From the NCBI GenBank assembly GCA_965248195.1, contig CBDFIQ010000002.1:1568001-1632000 (forward strand): a stretch of 64,000 nucleotides of DNA. Direction: 5' to 3'. Positions within the stretch are counted from its first letter, which is position 1; each line of letters begins with the position of its first letter. Made by a program: the position numbers and the translations under genes. The notes below the pieces were generated by a model. It ran no database searches. It had not been told where the DNA came from and saw nothing but the letters and a program-made list of their open reading frames with translations. This DNA comes from Longimicrobiales bacterium. Its GTDB lineage: Bacteria; Gemmatimonadota; Gemmatimonadetes; Longimicrobiales; Gaopeijiaceae. Below are positions 20,242-30,696 of this stretch, in pieces.

Positions 20242-20598
20242 ATGCAGACTCCTGCGACGACCCCACGTGACATCAACCCCACCGAGGATGGCGCCGCGCT
20301 CCGGATTGTGTGGGAGGACGGACACGAGTCGATTTACCTCCCCTTTGATCTCCGGATGTCGTGTCCGTGCGCGGGCTGTGTGGATGAAACTTCGGGCCGG
20401 CGCACACTCACTGAAGCGATGGTACCGCCAGGCATCTATCCCACGGCCATCCATTACGTGGGGCGGTATGCGCTCAAGTTCGTGTGGAGCGACGGGCACG
20501 ACACCGGGCTTTACTCGTACGAGCTCTTGCGTGGCCTATGTGGTTGTGCCAAGTGTTCGGTGCCCGCGGACAACTCCATGCCTCAGGAGGGTCAGTGA
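20242..20598 (+). CDS. DUF971 / GBBH-like N-terminal domain protein
   Basis: CPCAGC, VGRYAL...WSDGHDTGLYSY. Confidence 0.88.
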   Translation: MQTPATTPRDINPTEDGAALRIVWEDGHESIYLPFDLRMSCPCAGCVDETSGRRTLTEAMVPPGIYPTAIHYVGRYALKFVWSDGHDTGLYSYELLRGLCGCAKCSVPADNSMPQEGQ

Positions 20599-21581
20599 TC
20601 ATCGTCACCGGCGGTGCCGGCTTCATCGGATCGAATCTGGTCGCGGAGCTCGAGGGCGGGGGCGAAAAAGGCCTGGTGGTCTGCGACCGTCTGCTTAAAG
20701 CCGACAAGTGGAAAAACATCAGTAAGCGCCACCCGGCGGCCCTCGTGTTTCCCGAGCAGCTCCCCGACTTCCTCGAGCGGAACGCGTCGGAGATCCGGGC
20801 GATCTTCCACATGGGCGCGATCTCTTCGACGACCGAGACCGACGTGGATCTGATCGTCGCGACGAATGTGCACCTGTCGACGGATCTGTGGCGGTGGTGT
20901 GCACAGAATAAAGTTCCGTTCATCTACGCCTCTTCCGCTGCCACGTACGGCGACGGCTCGAAGGGCTTCGCCGACGACGGGTCGGTCGCCGGGCTCTCGC
21001 GCCTCCACCCCACGACTCCCTACGGGTGGAGCAAGCACCTCTTCGATCGCATGGTCGCGCGGTGGGTGGAGGAAGGGGCCGCGGCTCCACCACAGTGGGT
21101 GGGCCTCAAATTCTTCAACGTCTACGGCCCTCACGAGTACCATAAAGACCACATGCAGAGCCTGGCGGCAAAAACGTTTTCGGTGGCAGCGGCCGGCGAC
21201 CCGGTGACGCTCTTCCGCTCGCACGACCCCAATTATGCAGACGGCGGGCAGATGCGGGACTTCACGTATGTTCAGGATTGCGTCTCCGTGATGCTCTGGC
21301 TCCTCGACCACCCGGAGGTCTCCGGGCTTTTTAATCTCGGCACGGGCAAGGCACGCACGTTTTTGGATCTGATCGGGAGCGTGTTCGCCGCGCTGGACAT
21401 GGAGCCCTCCATCAAGTGGGTCGATACGCCACCCGAGATCCGGAAGCGATACCAGTACTTCACGCAAGCCGAGATGGGTCGCCTGAGGGAAGCCGGCTAT
21501 CACACGGAGTTCATGTCCGTCGAGGACGGGGTCGGAGCGTACGTGAGGTTATTCTTGGCGACGGACGACCCTTACCGGTAG
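20595..21581 (+). CDS. rfaD: ADP-L-glycero-D-manno-heptose 6-epimerase
   Basis: IIVTGGAGFIGSN, YASSAATYG, YGWSK, FFNVYGPHEYHK, YQYFTQA. Confidence 0.94.
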   Translation: MIIVTGGAGFIGSNLVAELEGGGEKGLVVCDRLLKADKWKNISKRHPAALVFPEQLPDFLERNASEIRAIFHMGAISSTTETDVDLIVATNVHLSTDLWRWCAQNKVPFIYASSAATYGDGSKGFADDGSVAGLSRLHPTTPYGWSKHLFDRMVARWVEEGAAAPPQWVGLKFFNVYGPHEYHKDHMQSLAAKTFSVAAAGDPVTLFRSHDPNYADGGQMRDFTYVQDCVSVMLWLLDHPEVSGLFNLGTGKARTFLDLIGSVFAALDMEPSIKWVDTPPEIRKRYQYFTQAEMGRLREAGYHTEFMSVEDGVGAYVRLFLATDDPYR

Positions 21582-21603
21582 CGGACCGTATCCCGTTCGC
21601 CCG

Positions 21604-23253
21604 TCACAAGGCCGTTGAGGAGGTAAAGTGCCTTCTAGGGCTCCTCCGCGGGACCCACCCCCAGCTCTCGAGCCTGCCCGAGAAGTCGAGCGTCTTCCGG
21701 AAAACGGAGAGACCTTCTTGGACCGCCTCCCGGGCGCGGTCCGGCTGATCGAGTTGGATATGACTTTGCGTGAGATAGACGTCACGGGCCGGATCGGCCG
21801 GGGGTAAGCCGGAGACGAGCGCCACTGCCTCCTCCGATCGGCCAGCCAGCAGGAGTCCACGTACGAAGTCGAGCTGAAGGCGTAGCTCGTTCGGGTTGAG
21901 GTCCACGGCCTGACTCAGCCACTCGAGACCCCGGGTTTGCTCTCCAGCGTCGATGAGCCGCATGCCCATCCACCACTGAGCTCGGAAGGACTCGGGGTGC
22001 TCCTCGGCGAGCGTCATGAAGACGGCTTCCGTGTCGCGCCAAGCCGCGTTCCTCGTCCACGTTCGAGCACCGCCGAGGAGCACGAGGAGCGTCGCCGCGC
22101 CGACCGCACTCCATCGTAGTCGGGCGGGTGGTTCGCGTAGGAAACCCACGGCATACTGTCCAAGGCCCACCGCAAGCAAGGATACGCCCACCGACGGAAG
22201 ATAGAGCGTGCGTTCCGCCACCCAGACGCCGACCGGGAATATGACGTTCCCCACGACGGCGACGGAGAGTACGACCCACAGGACCCCCAGCGTTATCCAC
22301 GGCGAGCGCCGGAGGCTCGAGACCGCCAGCGCCCCCACAGCCAGGAGTACCCCGCCCCCCACCCAGAAGCGGAGCGCTCCGATGCTCGTCGGAAGGATGA
22401 CCCCGGGCCCGTAGTCGGCAACGAGATCGGCGGGAAACAGCAAGAGCCGCGTCAACTCGGTGATGTTGGCCACGGCCGTGCTCATCCTGAGCCAAAGCGG
22501 CAAGATCACGATGTAGGGCGCCGCGTCGCGCTGCAAGAGCGTACCGAGCACCTGGTAGCGAACCGCCAGGTACAGCACGAGAACTCCGGCGAGCGCCGCG
22601 AACACAGGCAGCTGGCTGGCCCATCCCGTGCGTCGCGCCCGCTCGGGGAAGAGAAGCGAGAGGACCACCAGCAGGGCGGGGAGCACCGCCCCGTTCTCCT
22701 TCGAAGCGAGCGCCATCGCATAGGCGAGCGAGACGAGCCCAACGCGGGCCCACTCCGAACGAAAGCCGCGCAGGTAGGCCAGGGCCCCGAGCAGCACGAA
22801 CAGAGCCATCAAGGCGTCGCCTCGCCCCACCGAGTTGGCCACGGCCTCCACGTGGACCGGATGCACCGCGAAAACGGCACCTCCCAGGAGCGCGAGGAGC
22901 GGTGTGGCACCGAGCGTCGTCAGAAGGATCGTGACCAACGCGGTGTTCGCGCCGTGAAGCGCCACGTTGAAGGCATGAAAGGGAACGGGGCTTCCCGATC
23001 CTATGCTCCAGTTGAGCGCGTACGTCAGCGACGTTACCGGCCGATACGGGGAACGCCCCGGCGGCACCCGTCCCCGGTACGGCGAAGTGAGGATTTCGGC
23101 CGTATTGGCCAGGCCGTGGACCGTCGTGTTCTCGACGATGTCGCCGGTGTCGTCGAGAGCGAAGCCGTTGCCGAGTGAGGGGAGGTAGACGACAAGCGCC
23201 AACACCACCGCTACCGCGGCGGCGCTCAGCGGCGACATGCCGATCCTACTCAT
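21604..23253 (-). CDS. TMTC-like GT-C membrane glycosyltransferase with TPR
   Basis: FALDD, YRPVT, FAVHPVHVEAV, SKE, AERTLYLPS; C-terminal TPR-like helices. Confidence 0.8.
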   Translation of the reverse strand: MSRIGMSPLSAAAVAVVLALVVYLPSLGNGFALDDTGDIVENTTVHGLANTAEILTSPYRGRVPPGRSPYRPVTSLTYALNWSIGSGSPVPFHAFNVALHGANTALVTILLTTLGATPLLALLGGAVFAVHPVHVEAVANSVGRGDALMALFVLLGALAYLRGFRSEWARVGLVSLAYAMALASKENGAVLPALLVVLSLLFPERARRTGWASQLPVFAALAGVLVLYLAVRYQVLGTLLQRDAAPYIVILPLWLRMSTAVANITELTRLLLFPADLVADYGPGVILPTSIGALRFWVGGGVLLAVGALAVSSLRRSPWITLGVLWVVLSVAVVGNVIFPVGVWVAERTLYLPSVGVSLLAVGLGQYAVGFLREPPARLRWSAVGAATLLVLLGGARTWTRNAAWRDTEAVFMTLAEEHPESFRAQWWMGMRLIDAGEQTRGLEWLSQAVDLNPNELRLQLDFVRGLLLAGRSEEAVALVSGLPPADPARDVYLTQSHIQLDQPDRAREAVQEGLSVFRKTLDFSGRLESWGWVPRRSPRRHFTSSTAL

Positions 23254-23536
23254 CGTATGCTCCCTTCGGTCGGCCCTCTTCGAGGGTCTCGGCGGGTGAT
23301 CCCGAATGTGGATGTCACCCATGCGATCACATGACTCGGGGGAATCTCACCCGGGATCTTCAATCATCGCTGAGGGACGTGCACGGGGGCAATCATTTTG
23401 GGAGGTGGGGATCCTGCGAGGATCCGGGACACCAGAGAGAGATGTGCACTGTCCGCCCGTGCTTCGCTCCATACATTCAGCGCCGACCCGGCATCACCTC
23501 GATCGAACCCTCGGCCACACCCAGGAGGCTGCGCTC

Positions 23537-24661
23537 ATGACCGACTCCTCTCGCCGCGACTTCTTACGGACCCTGGCTGTGGCAACGGCCGCAGCGGTGC
23601 GGCCTCGGCTGGCCCTCGCACAGGAAGTTGGAGTGCGAACGATCGCAGGGACGGGGGTGGCCGGTTACGAGCCGGAGGGTTCGGGCGGCCTGGTGGCCGC
23701 GCGGACACCGGTGAACAATCCGTATGGTATCGTGGTCGGCCCCGACGGTGCCCTCTATTTTTGTGAGGTCGATACCGGGCGGACCCGGAGGATGGATTTG
23801 GGGACCGGGCGGCTCACCACCGTTTCCGGGAACGGCGAGGCCGCGTACTCGGGGAACGGGGGGCCTGCGATCTCTGCATCCTTTTCGGCGCCGCACGAGA
23901 TCCGGTTCGACCGCGACGGCCACCTTTTCGTGGTGGAGCGCGATGCACACGTAGTGCGTCGGGTAGACGCACAAACAGGACTCGTGTCTACCGTGGCCGG
24001 GACGGGCGAGGCTGGATTTTCGGGAGATGGCGGGCCGGCCGTGGATGCCCAGTTGCGCCAGCCGCACAGCATCGCCTTTGTCGCGAACGGTGACCTGCTC
24101 ATCTGCGATATCGGCAACGGACGGGTCCGTCAGGTGGACGTGCGCACCGGTACGATCTCGACGCTCTCCGGCACCGGGGAACGCCAGCCGACCCCGGACA
24201 CCGGCCCGCTCGCCGGCACACCGCTCAGGGGGCCGCGCTCGCTCGACACCGACAGCGAGGGCAACGCATACCTCGTGCTGCGCGAGGGCAACGCCGTGTT
24301 CCGGCTCGACACCGGGGCCGGACGGCTCCAGCGCATCGCCGGCACCGGCGAGAGGGGCTTCACGGGGGACGGAGGTCCGGGATCGACGGCGACCTTCAAC
24401 GGACCCAAGGGGATCGCCTACTCGGCTTCCGATCATAGTCTTTACATCGTGGATACAGAGAACCATACGATCCGGCGTCTGAGTCTGGCCACGGGGCTTA
24501 TCGAGACGGTCCTGGGCACCGGCGAGCGCGGCGACGGCCCGGATGGTGATCCCATGCAGTGCCGACTGGCTCGGCCGCACGGGGTGTTTGCGCACGAGGG
24601 CGTGGTGTATGTGACGGACAGCGAGAATCATCGCGTCCGGGCGCTGGAGGGAGTTCTCTGA
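23537..24661 (+). CDS. Tat-exported NHL-repeat protein
   Basis: SRRDFL twin-arginine signal; repeated AGTGxxGFSGDGGPA NHL repeats. Confidence 0.88.
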   Translation: MTDSSRRDFLRTLAVATAAAVRPRLALAQEVGVRTIAGTGVAGYEPEGSGGLVAARTPVNNPYGIVVGPDGALYFCEVDTGRTRRMDLGTGRLTTVSGNGEAAYSGNGGPAISASFSAPHEIRFDRDGHLFVVERDAHVVRRVDAQTGLVSTVAGTGEAGFSGDGGPAVDAQLRQPHSIAFVANGDLLICDIGNGRVRQVDVRTGTISTLSGTGERQPTPDTGPLAGTPLRGPRSLDTDSEGNAYLVLREGNAVFRLDTGAGRLQRIAGTGERGFTGDGGPGSTATFNGPKGIAYSASDHSLYIVDTENHTIRRLSLATGLIETVLGTGERGDGPDGDPMQCRLARPHGVFAHEGVVYVTDSENHRVRALEGVL

Positions 24662-24849
24662 GGGTTCTCTGAAGTAGTCTCGTCGCCCGCCTGAAGGCTG
24701 TCCGTGAAGTAGCTCTCCGGCTTGCACGTAGCCTGATGGAGCCCTAGAGTAGCTGCCCCCCCCCAAGAAACCGAGGCGGCCCCGCCCAGCTCGGAGAATT
24801 CCGTTGTCAGAGCCAAGAGGGACTGTCAGCTCGTCCAGGGGGGCTGTCT

Positions 24850-25152
24850 GTGAACTGGTCCAGGGAGCTCCACACGCACATCCGGAGGAGGATTGAGCTC
24901 GGCCTGGGCGATCGCTCATGGAGCTGGTTGTCACGGGCCACAGGCGTGCCGCAGTCGACGCTGGCGTCGCAAGCCGCGAAGCCGAAGTTCAGCCTCCACG
25001 TCCTTCTCCGAGTGGCTTCGGCACTCGAAAGAGATGTGAACTACTTCCTGCCCGATGCGATGCGCCCAGACCCCGGGGGGGGCGCCGCCGAGGATGCGAT
25101 CGATCGGATCGCGGACATCATCTCGCGCGCTCGGCATGGAGGTCCGCGCTAG
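24850..25152 (+). CDS. XRE-like helix-turn-helix protein
   Basis: WLSRATGVPQSTL...LLRVASALERDVNYFL. Confidence 0.6.
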   Translation: MNWSRELHTHIRRRIELGLGDRSWSWLSRATGVPQSTLASQAAKPKFSLHVLLRVASALERDVNYFLPDAMRPDPGGGAAEDAIDRIADIISRARHGGPR

Positions 25153-25428
25153 CGCGACCGCGTTCGATTATCGGGTGTTCGGTACCTCCTTGCCCGCCGA
25201 TGATCTGCGCCCCAGGCTGAATATAGCTCCCCCCGCGACTCGCATGCCACAGGTTCTGATGAGGATTCCGACGCCGGGGGGCGCTGTGCCATCCTCCCGT
25301 ACTGACTCCTATGCCGCCGCGGCGGCAATCCTGATCCAGTGACCGTCGTTTCGTCCTCTATGGGCTCAAACGCTAGGCCAGTGGCGAGTCCTGCTCCGTA
25401 CCGAACACAAGAACGCCCCCCCCATAAC

Positions 25429-27316
25429 ATGAACCGGAGAAACACAGTGAAACTCGGATTCATTCGGTTGGTCACGCTTGGGAGTGCCCTGCTCGTCGCG
25501 GGGTGCATGGACGGTTCTTCACCCACCGACCTCTCGCCGGACCTAGTGATCTTCGATGCCGAGCACGGGGACGACGGCTCTCACTTCTACTTCCTTCCGC
25601 CGATGGTGCCCGATCCAGGTGCCACGGGCGTCTTCGACGCGACTTTACCCGCGGTGGTCGAGATCTGCGAGTTGATAGGTGTAGGTCCGAACTGTGCTGC
25701 GACGATCGTTGAGTTCAGCGTGGGGGCGGGGACGATCGACGTCAGCGGCGATCACTATCACGCGAACTGGCACGCGGGCGACTTCAATCTCGACCTCACC
25801 CAGCTGTATCGGATTAGCGTCTTTGTGGGCGCGCAGGAGCTCGGCTTCGCTGATGTCCAGCCCGTGGCCAACGGCGGCGGGCTGAAAAACGTTGAGACCG
25901 GGGTGGTCATCGGGCTTGTCGATAATCGAACCCTCCCGATCAAGTTCCGTATCGAGGAGGGCGCGCGAGTGGGCTCGCTGAAGGTGATCAAGAACTCGGA
26001 CGCCGACGGCGGCTTCGGCTTCACCGGCTCCGGCACGATCGGCGGCTTCACGCTCAACACCACGGGCGCGCCGGCGGCGACGGCCATGCAGATGTTCGGC
26101 CTTGATCCGCAAGTGACCTACACCGTGACCGAGAGCCTGAATCCGAACTTCGACCTGGCGAGCGCCAGCTGCACACTGGAGGATGGCACCGTGACGGGCA
26201 CAGCGGGCGGAACGGCAGTCACAGGGATTGTGATCGAGCCCGCTAAGACAACCACCTGTACGTTCACAAATACGCTGAAGCCCGGCTCGCTCAAGGTGAT
26301 CAAGAACTCCGACCAAGACGGCAGCTTCGAATTCACGGGGTCCGGCGGCGTCAGCTCTTTCACGCTCAACACCACGGGCGCGCCGGCGGCGACGGCCATG
26401 CAGACGTTCACGGGCCTCGACGCCACGGTGAACATCGACCTCACCGAGACCCTAAATCCGGCTTTCGACTTCGTCAGCGCGGTCTGCGCCACGGAGGGCG
26501 GGATTCCCACGGGCGCGGGCGGTCCGGCGGTCACGGGGATCGACATCGAGCCCGGCAAGACCACCACGTGCACGTTCACGAACACGCGGAGCGGGATTAC
26601 CATCGACGCGACCGCGGTGACCGCCTCCACGTTCTCCATTGGAGGGATTGGCAGCTTCCCCTCGGATACGCCTAAGGTCTTGGATCTGGCCCCCGGACTG
26701 TACACGGTTCAGGAGAGTTCCGGTGGGGTGCATGACTTCGAAATCACTGCGACAGGTCTAGTCAGCTACGCGGCGTCGAAGGAGCCGTTCTTTGACGGCT
26801 TGGGCACGTCGCAGCTGACGCTGGTCGGCTATTCTGTCGACATTGACGCCACCGCAATGACGGCGGGGCAGTACGCTATCGGTGGTCTAGGCCTTTCCCA
26901 GTGCAACCGTGGGTACGTTCACCTTCTTGCCAGGCGTGAAGACTGTTCAGGAGCTTTCCGGCGGCGTGCATGAGTTCACGGTCGAAGAGACGGGTACGGT
27001 CAGCTTTGTGCAGCCGTTCTTCGACGGCGCGGGCACGTCGCAGCTGAAGCTGGTCGGCTACTCCATCGTCATTGATGCCACCGCGATTACGCCGCCGGGG
27101 TCGTTCTTTATCGGCGGTATAGGCGGATTTCCCAGCGCGACCGTCGAAACGCTCACCTTCTTGCCGGGCGACAAGACGATTCAGGATGGTTCCGGCTTGC
27201 TGTTTGACTTCGAAGTCCTGTCAGGCGGATCACTTGATTACGATTCGGGCTTGGAAGGGATACTGACTGGGAAGGGCACCAGTAGTCTTACTTTTGATCC
27301 CTCTTTTGTTCCTTAG
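25429..27316 (+). pseudogene. large repetitive surface lipoprotein (2 prealbumin/SpaA-like repeats plus 3 C-terminal repeats), frameshifted near 26893
   Basis: LVAGC lipobox; duplicated GSLKVIKNSD...CTFTN units; the IDATA...IGG.G.FPS repeat continues in the +1 frame (ORF 26909-27316). Confidence 0.75.
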
Positions 27317-27503
27317 GGATGAACCCGAGACCGGAGCAGCAATGATGCGGTAGAGCGGGGCGGGGTACATGCGCTCGACCAGATAGTGAAGGGGGACTTT
27401 TGGCTCCGTCAATCCTGTCGACCAGGGTGCTTTCATCTGGAGATGTCCGGGACTGTGGTGGCGTTTACATCCATGAGTCCGGAGCCTGGGGGGGGGGGGG
27501 TCG

Positions 27504-27674
27504 CTATTCCTCCAGCCTCTCCTCGATGCGCCTCAAGCGCTCGTCGATCTCCTGCAGTTTGTGCAGGATGATGATGTGGGTCTTTTTCGCGTCGATCCCC
27601 ACGGGGCTCGCCTCGCTGGAGATCTCGCGCTCGATTGCAGTGAAAATGTCGAGGGGTACGTCCATGCCGCTCAT
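27504..27674 (-). CDS. 56-aa hypothetical coiled-coil protein
   Basis: MSGMDVPLDIFTAIEREISSEASPVGIDAKKTHIIILHKLQEIDERLRRIEERLEE*; GGAGGT RBS; too short to appear in the ORF track. Confidence 0.7.
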   Translation of the reverse strand: MSGMDVPLDIFTAIEREISSEASPVGIDAKKTHIIILHKLQEIDERLRRIEERLEE

Positions 27675-27874
27675 GGCCACCTCCGATGGGATATCCGTCT
27701 TGTGTCACCTACCCGAGCACACAGTGTAGACAGCGATGGGCCCTGGCCGAAAGCTGCACGCTGCCCCTGGGACAACCTCCACGGGCCGGACGCTTGCCGC
27801 CCGGCTAGCCCGGGCGCATCTTTTGCGCCATGTCCGATAGGTTCGAGGAGCCGAAGGGAGCGCGTGGGAAACCA

Positions 27875-29704
27875 ATGAACGGCAGACTCTTGGGTGGCTT
27901 TCTTCTCGCTTTAGCCACGTTCGCCGCCCTCGAAGTAGCTGCGCAGAACAGGGGTCAGGATGCTGTCACCGGCGCCCTGGATGCCTTCCGTCCGTTGACA
28001 CAAGCCATGCTGAATGACCCCGACCCATCCGACTGGGTCATGTGGCGCGGCGGGTACGCCAACTGGGGGTACAGCCCGCTCGACCAGATTACCCCCGACA
28101 ACGTGAACGACCTTCGCCTTGTGTGGTCGTGGGCCATCGCCCCGGCCGGTCCCGGATCCACGGGCATGCAGGTCGAGCCGATCGTGTACGACGGCGTCAT
28201 GTATCTCCGCCACGCGAACGAGCGGTACTCGGCGCATGACGCGACTACGGGGGACGTCATCTGGGAGTATTCGCGTCCCGTGCCCGAGGAGGTCGTGGCA
28301 GAGGAGTCCGTGTTCACCGTACACCGGGGCAGGGGCGTCTTCCTTTTCGAGGACAGGCTCATCGGTCACTCGACGGACGGGATGCTCTTCGCTCTGGACC
28401 CACGCACGGGCGAGCTCGTGTGGGAAACGCAGATGGTGGACTACCGCGCCGGCCAGCAGCCGAGCGGCGCGCCCGTGGTGTTCAACGGGGCCATTGCCGT
28501 GCCGTACAACTGCACGGCCTGGGCCGCCCCGGATCCGTGTCACATGTCGGCCTACGATGTCGAGTCGGGCGAGATGCTGTGGCGTTGGTATACGAGTCCC
28601 ACGCCAGAGGATCCGATGCATCAGACGTGGGGCGATGATCCCCAGGTGTACCCGCTCGCGTCGAGGCGGAACATGTCCCCATGGCAGACACCCGCCGTCG
28701 ATACCGAACGCGGGCTGTTCATTTTCGGAATCGGCTCCAGCGCACCGCAACAGCCCGAGTTGGCCGGGACCGATGGCCAGTGGCCCGATCGACTCTACCA
28801 TGGATCGACCGTGGCCCTCGATGCCCGAACGGGTGAGCTCGTGTGGTGGGCCCAGCACCATACGGACATGTGGAACAACGACGCCGCATACGACCGGATT
28901 CTGGTCGATTCGCCGGTAGCGCCCGATCCGCCAGAGGCCCTCGGGATCAATCCCGACATCACGCCGGGCGAAATGCGGCAGCTCGTGGTGGGCTCCTTCT
29001 CGAAGGACGCCATCTTCTACGTCTACGACAGGGGCGACGGCACGTTTCTGTATGCCCGGCCGACCGCCTACCAGAACGTCATTCAGAGCTACGACGGCCG
29101 GACGGGCGCCTTCACCACCAATCCCGACGCGGTCATGATCGCCGATGAGGACCGCGAAACCACGATATGTAGAGAGAACAGACAGATTCCTCAGGGGGCC
29201 TACAGTCCGCTTACGAACGCCTACTACGTCCCGGCCTTCAACGGCCGGTGCTCGGTGATTAGGGTCACGTCGCTCTCGCCCTCGCTGGAGACCGGCTACA
29301 ACACAACGACGCTACGCTTCCAGCCCAGCCCGGTACCCCATCTGGGCCAGCCCGAGGCGATCGACGTCTCGACAGGAAAGACGCTCTGGCGCCTGGACCG
29401 CGAGGCACCTCTGTACGGAATGCTCACAACGGGCGGTGGTCTCCTCTTCGCCGCCGATACGAACCGGCGCTTCTATGCGATCGACCAGTGGACGGGTGAA
29501 GCGCTGTGGGAGACGATCTTGAACGGTGTGAGCGACATGGCGCCCATCACCTATTCTGTCGACGGCCGACAGTACATCGCCGTGATCTCGCCAGGGGGTA
29601 CGGTCGGATCGGCCAGCCACGTCGGCCAGCTGCGCGCTCGGGTGCCGATTGGGCAGAGAAACGTGGGCCACACGCTGTTCGTCTTCGCGTTACCCGAGGA
29701 GTGA
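27875..29704 (+). CDS. PQQ-binding beta-propeller dehydrogenase
   Basis: W..YSPLDQITPDNV.DL, PIVYDGVMY, ALDARTGELVW, PITYSVDGRQYIAV; signal peptide. Confidence 0.88.
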   Translation: MNGRLLGGFLLALATFAALEVAAQNRGQDAVTGALDAFRPLTQAMLNDPDPSDWVMWRGGYANWGYSPLDQITPDNVNDLRLVWSWAIAPAGPGSTGMQVEPIVYDGVMYLRHANERYSAHDATTGDVIWEYSRPVPEEVVAEESVFTVHRGRGVFLFEDRLIGHSTDGMLFALDPRTGELVWETQMVDYRAGQQPSGAPVVFNGAIAVPYNCTAWAAPDPCHMSAYDVESGEMLWRWYTSPTPEDPMHQTWGDDPQVYPLASRRNMSPWQTPAVDTERGLFIFGIGSSAPQQPELAGTDGQWPDRLYHGSTVALDARTGELVWWAQHHTDMWNNDAAYDRILVDSPVAPDPPEALGINPDITPGEMRQLVVGSFSKDAIFYVYDRGDGTFLYARPTAYQNVIQSYDGRTGAFTTNPDAVMIADEDRETTICRENRQIPQGAYSPLTNAYYVPAFNGRCSVIRVTSLSPSLETGYNTTTLRFQPSPVPHLGQPEAIDVSTGKTLWRLDREAPLYGMLTTGGGLLFAADTNRRFYAIDQWTGEALWETILNGVSDMAPITYSVDGRQYIAVISPGGTVGSASHVGQLRARVPIGQRNVGHTLFVFALPEE

Positions 29705-29754
29705 CGGGGTATTCTCGATCGCAGTTTCCGCAGAAATCGCATGAAACCCCAAAG

Positions 29755-30537
29755 TTACCCGTCGCCCTCCCCGGTGAACGTGTTCGACAGTGTCCCGATT
29801 CCGTCGATGTGGATTTCTACCGTGCTGCCCGGCTCCATCGGGAGGGCCCCCAAGGAGGTTCCGCAGGTGATGATGTCTCCAGGTAGGAGCGTCATGCCGC
29901 GGGAGATCCGCTGCACGAGCTCGAGCGGAGAGAAGAACATGTCGCTCACGGGATAGTCCTGCCGAACCTCGCCGTTCAGTTGGGCCGTGACCTGAAGCGA
30001 CTCTGGGTCGAGGTCCGTCGCAATCACGGGGCCGAACGGAGTGAACGTGTCGAAGCTCTTCGCACGACTCCACTGCGGGAACGAAGAATCCTCGAAGATG
30101 ATCGGCAGGGCGGTCGCATCATTGACGCAGGTGTAGCCGAGGACGTAGTCGTCGACTGCCGCCATCGAGACGTCCTTGCAGCGCTTGCCGATCACGACAC
30201 CGAGCTCGCCCTCGAAGATCACCCCGCGGTCGTAGGATTCCGGCCGGACGATCGTGCCGCCGGGGGCGAGGATGCCGGAGGGGGGCTTGTAGAAGTAGAG
30301 CGGCTCCGGGGGCCGGTCCAACCCGTTTTTTGCCGCCGCCGCGCCAAAGTTGTTCCACAGCCCGATTATTTTCGTGGGCAGGCAAGGGGTCAGGACCTCG
30401 ACCGAAGCCAGCGGGATGGATTCGGACGTGGGGCTTGGTCCGTCGAACATGTCGCCGGAATGAACGGAAATCTGCCCGTTATCCAGGGCGCCAAACTTGA
30501 TATCCCCGTTGTGTTTAACACGTATCCATTGAGTCAT
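29755..30537 (-). CDS. fumarylacetoacetate hydrolase family protein
   Basis: FEGELGVVIG, GYTCVND, RAKSFDTF, TLLPGDIITCGT. Confidence 0.92.
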   Translation of the reverse strand: MTQWIRVKHNGDIKFGALDNGQISVHSGDMFDGPSPTSESIPLASVEVLTPCLPTKIIGLWNNFGAAAAKNGLDRPPEPLYFYKPPSGILAPGGTIVRPESYDRGVIFEGELGVVIGKRCKDVSMAAVDDYVLGYTCVNDATALPIIFEDSSFPQWSRAKSFDTFTPFGPVIATDLDPESLQVTAQLNGEVRQDYPVSDMFFSPLELVQRISRGMTLLPGDIITCGTSLGALPMEPGSTVEIHIDGIGTLSNTFTGEGDG

Positions 30538-30696
30538 GACGTTAATCGTGCGGCCTCTTGTGTGACGCTCCGAGCCATCAGCTCTCGACGTCGTGAATGG
30601 AGAACGGTCTCGGTGTAGCCGTTCCGTTAATCATTCGGAACCGTTCCGGGGGTGATCCCGGACCGAACCGATTCGTAGCGGCCCCAGGTCGGGTGC

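Noticed and set aside
23537..24661. DNA-level repeats suggesting an array
   Set aside because: Explained by protein NHL repeats
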